Shown one piece after another: positions 45,335 through 59,808 of a DNA stretch of 64,000 nt. How positions within the stretch are numbered: the stretch's first letter is position 1; every line of letters begins with the position of its first letter. Source of the stretch: the human T2T-CHM13v2.0 reference genome, Homo sapiens. The DNA is taken from NCBI RefSeq assembly GCF_009914755.1, contig NC_060928.1. The stretch is one strand, 5' to 3'. The notes under the pieces are model-generated. The model worked only from the letters and a program-made list of their open reading frames with translations, had not been told where the DNA came from and did no database searches. A program made the translations under genes and the position numbers.

Positions 45335-45804
45335 ACTTAGATAACTTAATCCTTCCAAAGACCAAAATTCATAGTTCTTTAAGACTAATTACACTATAGA
45401 GTTCATTTGTATAAGTACATAGTTACCCATTTCCCTACTGAAAGCTATATAACTTTTTTGTTGTTATTGTTATTACAAACATTGCTGCACTGGAACCTTT
45501 CATAAACGGCTTATCCTGTCCAACTGGTAGTTTCTACTGAGTAGAAATCTTTAAGTGGGATTACTTAACCCTAGAGTATGAATATTTTAAACTTTACTAC
45601 AATAAATATTGCATCATATGGCTGAATCATCTTAACAATCTTATCAGCAATGTTTGAGTTCCTATTGTCCCCAAATGGTCACCAAAAGTTATCATCAGAC
45701 TTCATATTTGTCCAACACATGAATACAAAATTATCATTTTAATTTGCAGTTCTCTATTACTGAGTTTCAGTATATTTTAAATATTCTACTTTCAGATTTC
45801 CTTC

Positions 45805-46056
45805 AGCCAGACACGGTGGCTCACGACTGTAATCCCAGCACTTTGGGAGGCTGAGGTGGGCAGACTGCTTGAGTCTGGGAAACATGGTGAAATCTCATCT
45901 CTCTCTCTATAAAAAAAATTAGCTGGGGGTGGTGGCATGCACCTGTAGTCCCAGCTACTCAGGAGGCTGAAGTGCGAGGATCACCTGAACCCAGAAGGTT
46001 GAGGCTGCAGTGTGCTAAGCCATGATCACGCTCCTGCACTCTAGCCTGGATGACAG
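45805..46056 (+). mobile_element. AluJ, 3'-truncated (no A tail)
   Basis: Alu body with ggatcacctgaaccc and gttgaggctgcagt; ends at gcctggatgacag. Confidence 0.88.
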
Positions 46057-46074
46057 GCTAGAGTCATCCAGGCT

Positions 46075-46427
46075 TTTCTTATTACTTTTATTTTAGGTTC
46101 AGGGGTACATGTGCAGGTTTGTTACATAGGCAAACTGATGTCACAGGGGTTTGGTGTAGACTATTTCATCACCTGGGTAATAAGCCTAATACCCAATAGT
46201 TATTTTTTCTGATCCTCTTGCTCCTTACACCCTCCATCCTCAAGCAGGTCCCAATGTCTGTTGCTCCCCTCTTTGAATCCATGTGTTCTCATCATTTATA
46301 TGGTAGAATACATGGTATTTGATTTTCTATTCCTGTGTTAGTTTGCAAAGGATGATGGTCTCCAGCTCCATTTATGTCCCTGCAAAGGACATGAGCTTGT
46401 TCTTTTTCATGGCTGCATAGTATTCCA

Positions 46428-46474
<47 letters not shown>

Positions 46475-49400
46475 CAAGATATTTTCTTTATCCAATCTAT
46501 CAATGATGGGCATTTAGGTTGATTCCATGTCTTTACTATTGTGAATAGTGCCACAATGAACATATGCGTGCATGTGTCTTTACATACAATACAACAATTT
46601 ATATTCTTTTGGGTATACACCCAGTAATGGGATTGCTGGTATGAATGGTAGTTCTGCTTTTAGCTCTTTGAGGAACTGCCCACAATGCTTTCCACAATGG
46701 TTGAACTAATTTATCCTCCCACCAACAGTGTGTAAGTGTTCCGTTTTCTCTGCAACCTTGCCAGCATGTTATTTACTTTTTAGTAATAGCCATTCTGACT
46801 GGTGTGAGATGTTATCTCACTGTGGTTTGATTTGCATTTCTCCATTAATCAGTGATACTGAGCTTGTTTTCATATACTTGTTGGCTGCATGCACACCTTC
46901 TTTTGAAAAGTGTCTGTTCATGTCCTTTGCCCGCTTTTTAATGGAAATTTTTTTTCTTGTAAATTTAAGTAAGTTCCCTATAGATGCTGGAAATTAACCT
47001 TTGTCAGATGCATAGTTTGAAAATATTTTCTCCCATTCTGCAGGTTGTCTCTTTATTCTGTTGACAGTTTCTTTTGCTGTGCAGAAGCTCTTTAATTAGT
47101 TCCCATTTGCCAATTTTTGTTTTCATTGCAATTACTTTTGGCATCTTTGTCATGTAATCTTTGCCCGTGCCTATGTCCTAAATGGTACTGCCTAGGTTGT
47201 CTTCAAGGGTTTTTATACTTTTGGGTTTTACATTTAAGTCTTTAATCCATCTTGAGTTAATTTTTGTATAAGGTATAAGGAAGGGGTCTAGTTTCAATTT
47301 TCTGCACATGACTAGCCAGTTATCCCAGCACCATTTATTGAAAAGGAAGTCCTTTCCCCATTACTTGTTTTTGTTAGCTTTGTTGAAGATTAGATAGTTG
47401 TAGGTATATGGCCTTATTTCTGTGCTCTCTATTCCATCCAATTGGTCTATATGTCTAGTTCTGTATCAGTACCATGTTGTTTTAGTTACTGTAGTCCTGT
47501 GGTATAGTTTGAAGTCAGGTAATGTGATGCCTCTAGCTTTGTTCTGTTTGCTTAGGATTGCCTTGGCTATTCAGGCTCTTTTTTGGTTCAATACAAATTT
47601 ACAAATAGTTGTTTCTAGTTCTGTGAAGAATGTTATTGACAGTTTGATAGAAATAGCAGTGAATCTATAAATTGCTTGGGGGAAAATGGTCATTTTAATG
47701 ATATTGATTCTTCCTATCCATGAGCAAAGAAGGTTTTTCCTTTTGTTTTTGTCATCTCTGACTTATCTGAGCAGTGTTTTGTAATTCTCATTGTAGAGAT
47801 GTTTCACCTCCCTGTTTAGCTGTATTCCCGGATATTTTATTCTTTTTGTGGCAACTGTGAATGAGACTGAGTTCCTGATTTGGCTCTCGGCTTGCTGTTG
47901 TTGGTGTATAGGAATGAGGGTAATATTTGTACATTGCTTTTGTATCCTGAAATTTTGCTGAAGTTGTTTATCTGCTGAAGGAGCTTTTGGGCTGAGACTA
48001 TGGGGTTTTCTAGATATAGAATGATGTCTATATCATCAGACAAGTATAGTTTGACTTCCTCTTTTCATATTTGGATGTGCTTTATTTCTTTCTCTTGTCT
48101 GACTACTCCGGCCAGCATTTCCAATATTATGTTGAATAGAAGTAGTGAGAGAGGATATCCTTGTCATGTGCCAGTTTTCAAGGGTAATGCTTCCAGCTTT
48201 TGCTCATTCAGTATGATGTTGGCTGTGAGTTTGTCATATGTGGCTCTTATTATTTTGAGGTGTGTTCCTTCAATACCTAGTTTATTGAGAATTTTTAGCA
48301 TGAAGGGAAACTGAATACATTGAAAGTCTTTTCTGTATCTGCTGAGATAATCATGTGGTTTTTTGTCCTTAGTTCTGTTTATATGATGAATCACATTTAT
48401 TGACTTGCATATGTTGAACCGATCTTGCATCCCAGGGATAAAGCCTACCTGATAGTGGTGTATTAGCTTTTTGATGTGCTGCTGGATTCAGTCTCCCAGT
48501 ATTTTGTTGAGGATTTTTGCATCTATGTTCTTCAAGGATATTATCCTGGAGTTCTCTTTTATTGTTGTGTCTCTGCCAAGTTTTGGTATCAGGATGATGC
48601 TGGCCTCATACAATGAGTTGGGGAGGAGATCCTCTTCCTATATTTTTTGGAAGAGTTTCAGTAGCAATGGTACCAGCTCTTGTTTGTGTATCTGGTAGAA
48701 TTCGGCTGTGAATCTATCTGGTCCTGAGCTTTTTTAGGTTGGTAGGGTATTCATTACTGATTCAATTTAGGAGCTCATTATTGGTCTCTTCACGGAATCA
48801 ATTTCTTCCTGGTTCAGTTGTATGGGGGGGTATATGTGGCCAGAAATTTATCCATCTTCTCTAGGTTTTCTAGTTTGTATGAATAGGGATGTTTGTAGTT
48901 GTCTCTGATGGTTATTTGTATTTCCATGGAGTCAGCAGTAACATCCCCTTTGTCTTTTCTAATTGTGCTTATTTAGGTCTTCTCTCTTCTGTATTATCTA
49001 GCTAGTGACGTATTTTATTAATTTTTTCAAAAAGCAACTCCTGAATTCGTTGATCTTCTGAATGGTTTTTCTTGTCTCAATCTTCATCAGTTAAGCTCAG
49101 ATTTTGGTTATTTCTTGTTTTCTGCTAACTTTGGGGTTAGTTTGCTCTTGCTTCTCTAGTTCTTTTACTTGTGACGTTAGGCTGTTAATTTGAGATCTAA
49201 CTTTTGATGTGGGCATTTAGTGCTACAAATTTCTCTCTTAACACTGTCTTAGTTGTGCCCCAGAGATTCTGGTATGTTGTATTTTTGTTCTCATTAGTTT
49301 CACAGAACTTGCTGATTTTTGCTTTAATTTCATTATTTATCCAAAAGATAAACAACGTGCTATTCAAGAGCACGTTGTTTAATTTTCATGCAATTGCATA

Positions 49401-51110
49401 GTTTTGAGTGATTTTTTTTGTTTTAATTTATATTTTTATTGAGCTGTGGTCTGAGAGTTTTTAATATGATTTTGGTTCTTCTGCATTTGCTGAGGATTGT
49501 TTTATGTCCAATTGTGCAGTCAGTTTTAGAGTATGTGATGTGCCATGTGGTGATGAGAAGTAAGTATACTCTGCTGTTTTGGGATGGAGAGTCCCGTAGA
49601 GGTCTATCAGATCCATTGGGTCCAATGTTGAATTCAGGTCCTGAATATCTTGTTAATTTTCTCCCTTCATGATCTAATACCCTCAGGGGAGTGCTGAAGT
49701 CTCCCATTTTTATTGTGTGGGAGTCTAAGTATCTTAGTAGGTCTCTAAGAACTTGCTTTATGAATCTGGTTGCTCCTCTGCTGGGTGCATATATATCTAG
49801 AATAGTTAGGTCTTCTTGTTGAATTGAACCCTTTACCCTTATTTAATGCTCTTCTTTGCCATTTTTGATCTTTGTTGGTTTAAAGTCTGTTTTGTTTGAC
49901 ATTTCGATTGCAACCCTGGCTTTTTTCTCATTTCCGTTTGGTAGATTTTCCTCCATCCTTTTATTTTCAGCCTATGGGTGTCACTGTGTGTGAGGTGGGT
50001 CTCTTGAAGATGGCATACCATTGGGTCTTGCTTTTTTATCCAGATTGCTACTCTCTACTTTTCAAATAGTGCATTTTACCCATTAACATTCAACATTAGT
50101 ATTGATATGTGTGGATTTGACCCTGTTATTGTGTTGTCAGCTGGTTATTATGCTGGCTTGTTTGTGTGGTTGCTTTACAGTGTCACTTGTCTGTGTACTT
50201 AAGTGTTCTTGTATTGGCTAGTAATGATCTTTCCTTTCTACATTTAATGCTCCTTTCAAGATCTCTTGTAAGGCAGGTCTGATAGTAACAAATACCCTCA
50301 GTATTTGCTTATTTAAAAAGGATCTTATTTCACCTTTGCTTAGGAAGCTTAGTTTGGCTGGATATAAAAATCTTGGTTGAGAATATTGTTATTTAAGAAT
50401 GTTGAGTATAAGCTCCGAATCTCTTCTGGCTTGTAGGGTTTCTGCTGAGAGGTCTGCTATTAGCCTGATAGGGTTCCCTTTTGTAAATGACCTGCGCTTT
50501 CTCTCCAGCTACCTTTAACATTCTTTCATTCCAACCTTGGAAAATGTAATGATTACATGTCATAGGGATGATCTTGCACAGAATCTTTCAGGGGTTCTCT
50601 GTATCTTCTGAATTTGACTGTTGGCCTCTCTAGTGAGGTTGGGGAGGTTTTCATGGGTGATACCCTGAAATATGTTTTCCAAGTTGTTTTCTATTTCGCT
50701 GTCCCTTCTAGGGATGCCAGTGATTTGTAGGCTTGGCCTCTTTACATAATCCCATATTTGTTGGAGACTTTGTTCATTCCTTTTCATTCTGTTTTCTTTA
50801 TTTTGTCTGACTGTCTTATTTCAGACAGCCAGTCTTCAAGTTCCAAGATTACTTCCTCAGCTTGGTCTATTCTGCTGTTACTACTTATGATTGCATTGTG
50901 ATATTCTTGTAGTGTGTTTTTCTGCTCTATCAGATCAGTTAGGTGTGTTGTTTGTTTGTTTGTTTATACTGGCTACTTTGTCTGTCAGCTCCCGTATCAT
51001 TTTGTGATTCTTAGTTTCTGTTGATTGGGTCTTGCTGTTCTCCCGAATCTCAATGATCTTTTTTTTTTCCTATCTATATTCTGAATTCCATTATTGCTAT
51101 TTCAGCTTTG
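46075..51110 (-). mobile_element. ~5-kb L1PA(old)/L1PB element, ORF1 and ORF2 decayed
   Basis: ORF-track fragments match L1 ORF1 (MKRNEQSLQQIWDYVKRP), endonuclease (LQETHLT; GDFSTPL), RT ([17 protein letters not shown]; [12 protein letters not shown]) and C-terminus; (TG)n at 46430-46470. Confidence 0.95.
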
Positions 51111-51539
51111 GCTACTTCTCAACTGAACTGTTGGTCTTTTAAGAATTCAGGCATAGTTTTATGTATTCTGGGTAACAATTATCAAATTCATAAATTACAA
51201 ACATTCCCAATTATGACTACACTTTTCATTTTGTTTTTGAGTGGTTCTTTTGGTTTAATGTACCACAGTTTAACCTTTTTTTTGTATCTTGTTTTATGCT
51301 TTGTATATTTTTTCTTACATAAGAAAAATTTTTGAAAGTCAAAAATCATTTTATGTGTGAATACGAGTGTGCATTTGGTTTTCACATGTGGTTCTTTAAT
51401 ATAGTGGAATTAATTTTCTTATAAACTTATAAACGGTATAAAACAGAAAATCAATTTTATCTGAAGCACCATTCATTTTCAGGCCACTTTTATTACTCAT
51501 GAAGTCTCAAAATGATGTGGGTCTGTATTTCTTGTCCAT

Positions 51540-52265
51540 TCATAGCTTTACTGAGATATAATTTACTACCATAAAATTCACTCACTTTCCATTTCTATAC
51601 ATTTGCCTTTTCTGATATTACATATAAAGAGAATATCACATATGCACTTTTGTGTCTGGCTTCTTTCACTGAGCATAATGTGTCTGAGATTCATCATGTT
51701 GTAGCATACATCAGTACTCCAATTCTTTTTATTGCTGAATAGCAGTCCACTGTTTGGATATACTACATTTGTTTATTGATTTGCTAGCTAATGAAACTTT
51801 GGGTTGTTTCCACTTTTTGCTATTGTGAATAACACTACTATGAAATTTACATGAAACAGATTTTCATTTCTACTAGGTAAGACTATAGGAATATAATTGC
51901 TGGGTCATATGGTAAGTTTATATTTAACATTAAAAAAAACTGACAAACTGCTTCCCAAAGTGGCTTCACCATTCCTATAACAATTTCTCCACATCCTTAC
52001 AAACACTTTGATTATAGCCATTCTAGTGGATGCAAAGTGCAGTCTCATTTCCCTAGTGACTAATGATGTTGAACATTTTTTCATGTGTTCATTGGCAATT
52101 CATGTAAGTTCCTTGGTGAAATGTCTATTCAAATTTTTTGCCCATTTTTCAATTGAGTTATTTGTCTTTTCATTATTGAGTTGTAAGCGTTATTTTGAAC
52201 ATAAATCCCTTATGAGATATTCACCCATCTGCAAATATTTTCTTCAAGCCTGTGGATTGTCTTTT
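51540..52265 (-). mobile_element. L1MD/ME 3' fragment
   Basis: agctttactgagatataatttac...tgtgtctggcttctttcactgagcataatg...gactaatgatgttgaacattttttcatgtg. Confidence 0.8.
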
Positions 52266-52806
52266 TCTTGATACAGGATGATATGGTTTGGCTCTGTGTC
52301 CCCACCCAAATCTCATCTTGTAGCTCCCATAATTTCCATGTGGGAGGGACCTGGTGGAAGATGACTGATTTATAGGGGCGGGTCTTTCCAATGCTGTTCT
52401 GGTGATAGTCTCTGATATTTGATGCTTTTAAAAATGGGAGTTTCTCTGCACTACCTCTCTCTGCCTGTTGCCATCCACGTAAGATGTGACTTGCTCCTCC
52501 TTGCCTTCCGCCGTGATTGTGAGGCCTCCCCAGCCATGTGCAACTGTAAGTCCAGTAAGCCTCTTTTCTTTTGTAAATTGCCCAGTCTCGGGTATGTCTT
52601 TATCAGCAGTGTGAAACTAATACACAGGGTCTCATTCTGGAATTCAGGCTGAAGTCCAGTGGCACTATCATAGCTCACTGCAGCACTTCCTGGGCTCGGG
52701 TGATCCTCCTGATCCAGCCTCCTGAGTAGCCAGGACCACAGGCATGCACCATGCCTGGCTTATTTTTTTATTTTATTTTAGTAGAGACTAGGTTTCGCTA
52801 TGTTTT
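52262..52806 (-). mobile_element. Partial AluJ interrupted by the THE1 LTR
   Basis: ttttcttgatacagg[THE1]cagggtctcattctg...tcatagctcactgcagc...ttagtagagac. Confidence 0.7.
52279..52624 (+). mobile_element. THE1 (A/B-like) solo LTR
   Basis: tgatatggtttggctctgtgtccccacccaaatctc...tttatcagcagtgtgaaactaataca; 5-bp TSD cagga/caggg. Confidence 0.92.
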
Positions 52807-53031
52807 GCATGTTTCTTTGACTTTCTTTTTAGACTTTCCATTCATCTGCTCATCTACTCCTAAGCTAATACCACAGTATGTTAAACATCACTATTTTATG
52901 ATTTTAAAAATATTCTTAGTAACATTTTATCATTTCTTTAATAAAGGTCTAGCACATTGTTTACTGGATTTATTCTTGCTTATAGTTTTTATAATCATCA
53001 AAGATGTTAACTTAAAAATAATCTTGTTTCT

Positions 53032-53345
53032 GGCCGGGCGTGGCAGCTCACGCCTGTAATCCCAGCACTTTGGGATCAAGGCAGGTGGATCACTTGAGGT
53101 CAGGAGTTCGAGACCAGCCTGGCCCACATGGCGAAACCCTATCTCTACGAAAAACACAAAAATCAGCTGGGCATGGTGGTGTGCGCCTGTAATCCCAGCT
53201 TCTCAGGAGGCAAGGCAGGAGAATCGTTTGAACTTGGGAGGCAGAGATTGCGGTGAGCCGAGATCACGCCACTGCACTCCAGCCTGGGGGACAGAGTGAG
53301 ACTCCATCTCAAAAATAAATGAATACAAAACAAAATTTAAAAAAA
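53032..53345 (+). mobile_element. AluS (Sx/Sz-like)
   Basis: Full dimeric Alu with degenerate A tail. Confidence 0.93.
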
Positions 53346-54046
53346 CTTTCTTTTTGGTTTCCATGGATGTGGCCAATTTATATCCAAAACACTTGCTAAA
53401 CTATCCACCAGCTTTAATAGTATATCTATAGATTCTCTTACACTTCTATACAAATACCTGTGGAAAACGACAATTGTAATTCCTCTTCCAAATCGTTTTC
53501 CTTTATTTTATTGTTTTGATGATCTCCTCAAGGTAATGTTAAACAAAACTGGTAATAATGAGCATCCCTCCCATTTTACTGATTACAATGAAGTTCTTCT
53601 AACATTTTGAAGTCACATACTATACTTGTCATAGATTTTTTGTAGATATCATATCTTTATCAGAATAAAGATTTCCTTCTATGGCACCTCTTTTTATTTT
53701 GATCCAGAGTAAAAGAATTTGTTAATTGGGCACATGGGGAAAGAGATGGACAGTGTCAAGGGCAAAATATTTCAATGACACCAAAGTAAGTTTACTCAGT
53801 TCGAGAAAGTAATAGACAGTGAATTACACTAGAGTTTATGATTTCAGATATTGAAAAATTCTAGGTACAGAGTCTGCAGAAGTATCTCCCAAACTTTTGG
53901 AACACAAGCCGCATCAGTAAAAACTTGACTGTGTACCCTCAATATCTTCATATATGTCCAAAATAAAAAAGAAAAAGTTAAAAATACTATAAAATGTCTT
54001 CATATTGTTCAAGTCATAAAAATCATTAGTTGATCATTCAAGGCAT

Positions 54047-54892
<846 letters not shown>

Positions 54893-54969
54893 ATCATGAT
54901 ATGCACTAAGGGTAAACTTCATTATTAATGACAGTGGCTATAAATTCACATATTAAATTCCCATCTTGG

Positions 54970-55115
54970 TTTTTTTTTTTTTTTTTTAGAGAATTCTTTT
55001 TATTACAAGTGAACAGGTACAGGTAAGCAGGTCTCAGCCTTCTGCTGGTGGTGCAGCATCTCCACAAAGGGCCTCAGCCCGGTCCTGGCCCTGACTGAGG
55101 ACTGCACTGTCAGGG
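54970..55115 (-). pseudogene. Putative short processed retrocopy of an mRNA 3' end (source gene unidentified)
   Basis: Minus strand: GC-rich segment, AATAAA (54999-55004), 11 nt, then A18 (54970-54987); not Alu- or L1-like. Confidence 0.55.
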
Positions 55116-56397
55116 TTTAAAGTAAGGATGGGAGATTAAAAACTAGGTGTCAAAGCCACCAGTGAATGTGGAAAGATATCTGGCTTTTAGCACACTCATG
55201 CCATACTAAAAAGTCCACGATCCTCAAAAATAAAAGGCATTTTGTATGGGGGCACAACAATGATTTGAAAGCAAAATCATGTTACAGAGTACACACAGAA
55301 AAACTACCTTCAAAAAAATAAAAATAAAAAGCTTTTTGAGAGTAAATGTTAAGGATAATGAGGTATGGTCACATGAATATAACATTTTATAGAAGAGCCT
55401 AAGGAAATTACAGGAAAATTCAAAGAAATAAAATTTTTTAATAAATAAAAGATGAATAAAAGAATTTAAGTTAGTCCTAGTTTACCTAGCATAACCTCTC
55501 TCATCACTAGTTAATCCTCCACTCTACTCTGGTGCTCCTCTGTTTCAATTCTTCCCAAATACCCTGCTCATTCATTCTTCTTTGCTTTTAAAGACTCTAC
55601 TCCTTGTTCTTCTCCATCCCTTCTTCTAACTCAAATTCTGTGTCTTTAAGGAAGGCGCCTCTAATTAAACCATTCCTCATTAATATCTGTTCATCTTTAA
55701 ATGTTTACCATACCTATTTGTGTCACACAATTCAAAGTATCTAAGCTATATCAAAGAAGCTTTTCTAATCCCAAATGTAGCTAGAGTCAACTGAGTTCAG
55801 AAAACTGGGGTTCTGATAGTCACACATTCCAAGTTGGAATATTTGAAATCAGAAGTATCTTGGGAAATCTATTATTTCCCTAAGGCATTCTGATAATATT
55901 TGGCATCTAAACTTATTCCATGATAGCCTCATATTGCTGAATGAACAAACCCAAAACCACAAATTTAAAAACCTATGTCTTTTTAGAACACATATCCAGA
56001 TCTCTGGTAAATAAAATACAGTCACCAAATTTATTACAAATAGACAAGAGGAAGAATATGTCATTTGCCCCTTTCTTAGGGCACAAGACCAGCCCTGGAC
56101 AAAAATTTCAAGCCTGCCCTCCTTAAAAAAGAAAAAAATCAAATATTTTCTAATACCCGCTAATACCATATCTGAAGCCCTAAACTTTGCTCAATCTAAT
56201 CTCTCCTCACCCTCACCCTCACAGAGAGGTGTATCTGAAATTAATGATTACGGAAGTGAAGCACACAAAGTGATGGTGAGACACAGAGAGTAATGGATAC
56301 CTAAAGGGGAGCAGAGGTAAAACCTTCTGATGACAAGTAATCATACTATAAACTTCAGAGTACGTACCATAACGTTTTTGATATTCCCTAATCTGCT

Positions 56398-56760
56398 TAT
56401 ATTAGTTCATTTTTATGCTGCTATGAACAAATACCCATGACTGGGTAATTTATAAAGCAAAGAGGGTTAATTGACTCACAGTTCCACATGGCTAGGGAGG
56501 CCTCAAATAACTTACGATCATGGTGGAAAAGGAAGCAAATGTGTCATTCTTCATATGGCAGCAGGAGAGAGATGTGCTGAGTGAAGTGGGGAAAAGCCCC
56601 TTATATAAAACCATCAGATCTCGTGAGAACTCACTATCCCAAGAACAGCATGGAGGAACCGCCCCCATGATCTAATCACCTCCCACAAGGTCCCTCCCCT
56701 AACACGTGGGGATTACAATTCAACATGAGATTTGTGGGGACACAAAGCCAGACTATATCA
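56398..56760 (-). mobile_element. THE1D/MSTA-like solo LTR
   Basis: tattagttcattttt...aattgactcacagttccacatggct...aaaccatcagatctcgtgagaactcac...gccagactatatca; TSD ctgct on both sides. Confidence 0.9.
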
Positions 56761-57254
56761 CTGCTTGTCATAATGCTATTTAAACTGATCTGATGGCTAC
56801 AAATTTAATGCTGTGTTTTCATAATGAAAATACGTCTGATTTCATTACATTGTATAATTCTGGTGCAATGCTTTTCTATCTACCTGTAAATTTACCTATT
56901 TATCTTTGAACAGATTCTTGAGTTGCTAGATTCAATTCTACATTATAAAATTTGCTTAAGTGTATGCAATTATTATCAGTCAAGGAGCAAATCTGATAAC
57001 TTTGACCTCCATAACAAACAGACTCTATCTTTTCCTAAGGTCACACTTAACTAGTGAAGTGCTTCTTTACTCAGTACTCAGACGATAAATCCATTTAAGT
57101 GTCACTCATGTGCTGGTAAATCCAAGCACCATACTCATAAATGTAAAACTGTAATTTATAAAAAATCTTTATACTTTGTTAGAATTTTGCTATTAAGCAC
57201 TGACTCCTGGGTTTAAATGCAAAAAGACATTAAGACAAAAAGTAACAACACACA

Positions 57255-58470
<1,216 letters not shown>

Positions 58471-59684
58471 GTCTAATTTCCTAATTAAATTAATTAAAAC
58501 AAGTTTTCTTCAAGTATCAGAATCAAAATATTTTTAAATTACCATTTAAAAGCTGCTTTTCTATTTTCATTGCTATATTGTCATGATGCTATTTTGTTTT
58601 ATAATATTCCATATTTCAGTACAAAATAAAAGAAAAATCAATATTCCGTCTCATGTCATGCTACTCCCTGACCCCCGCACCTGCCAACACCCAAACCCTA
58701 TAAAATGTGGATACTTCAGGTATTCACAGAAGCTGTTTAATCAGACACAGTACACTCCAACCCCCATTTCCATTCCCAAAACATGTCTGGATGACTCCTA
58801 CTCATTCTTAAAAATTGTAGTTTAAGAATCACTGCCTCAATTTAAAGTTTCATCTGATCTATTTTGCTTTAGACTAGATTAATTGTTACATGCTTTAAAT
58901 TACATAACACCCTGTATTATTCCCTTTGGAACACTGATCACAACTCTACTTCATCACCTGTAATTTTTTAATGTCTCTTTCAACTAATCAATTATTCATT
59001 TAACAAAGATTTCCCTGTTTACCAGGTGCTCTGGGGATACAGCAGTGAGTAAAGAGAAAAGAGTTGCGCCCTCAACTCAAACTGGGAGAAGGGGAGTAAT
59101 AGGGAAAAAAAAAATCACATAAATGTTAATTTATGTGATTTTTTTATTTGATAAATGCCATACAATACTATAAGCTCCAAAGAAGCAAGGATCCTGTCAT
59201 CCTGCTGGCTATGCTAGCCCAATGCCTGGTCCATGCTAGGCACTCAAATATTTGTTGTATAAATGTTTGAGGGAAAATGTCACTCTGAAACCAAAGCTAT
59301 TCATCCTCAAAACAACTTTTAGAATACAGCCCAATTTGCAAGTTAAAAACTGCCTATTATTAATAATTATCTTTCCTCACATCAGGTAGCTTTCTGAAAT
59401 TCACAGCCACAGTGCCATATTTACTTACATCCTACTTTCTTCTAAGAAAGACAACCCATTTTTTGTCTGGCTTTGTTTAGTGCTTTTTCAATTTATTTAG
59501 TTTCAGGGTAACCACTACCTTTCTTTTAAGCATTTTTTTTTTTTTTTTACTATTCTGTTCAGTCATTTTTTTTAGGCATATGTCAGATGTATTTTCTGCT
59601 ATGACTTAAGGACTACAGTGTCTCCATTAATAAAGGTGTTGCTATTACAAGGTCCTGGTCTCCTTAATCCCAAACACAAACATA

Positions 59685-59808
59685 TAAATGGAACTACTGG
59701 CATCTTGTGGGAAGAGGCCAACTGTGCTGCTAAATATCCAAAACAATTCACAATAAAAGAGAATTCACCGGCCCAAAATGTCAATAGCACCAAGGCTGAG
59801 AAACTCAG
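59685..59808 (+). mobile_element. MER20 3' part
   Basis: ctactggcatctt...gaggcc...tgctgctaaatatcc...ggcccaaaatgtcaatagcaccaaggctgagaaac. Confidence 0.8.

Noticed and set aside
46075-51110. Potentially active L1
   Set aside because: ORF1 and ORF2 are broken into many short frames and no 5'UTR promoter is evident.
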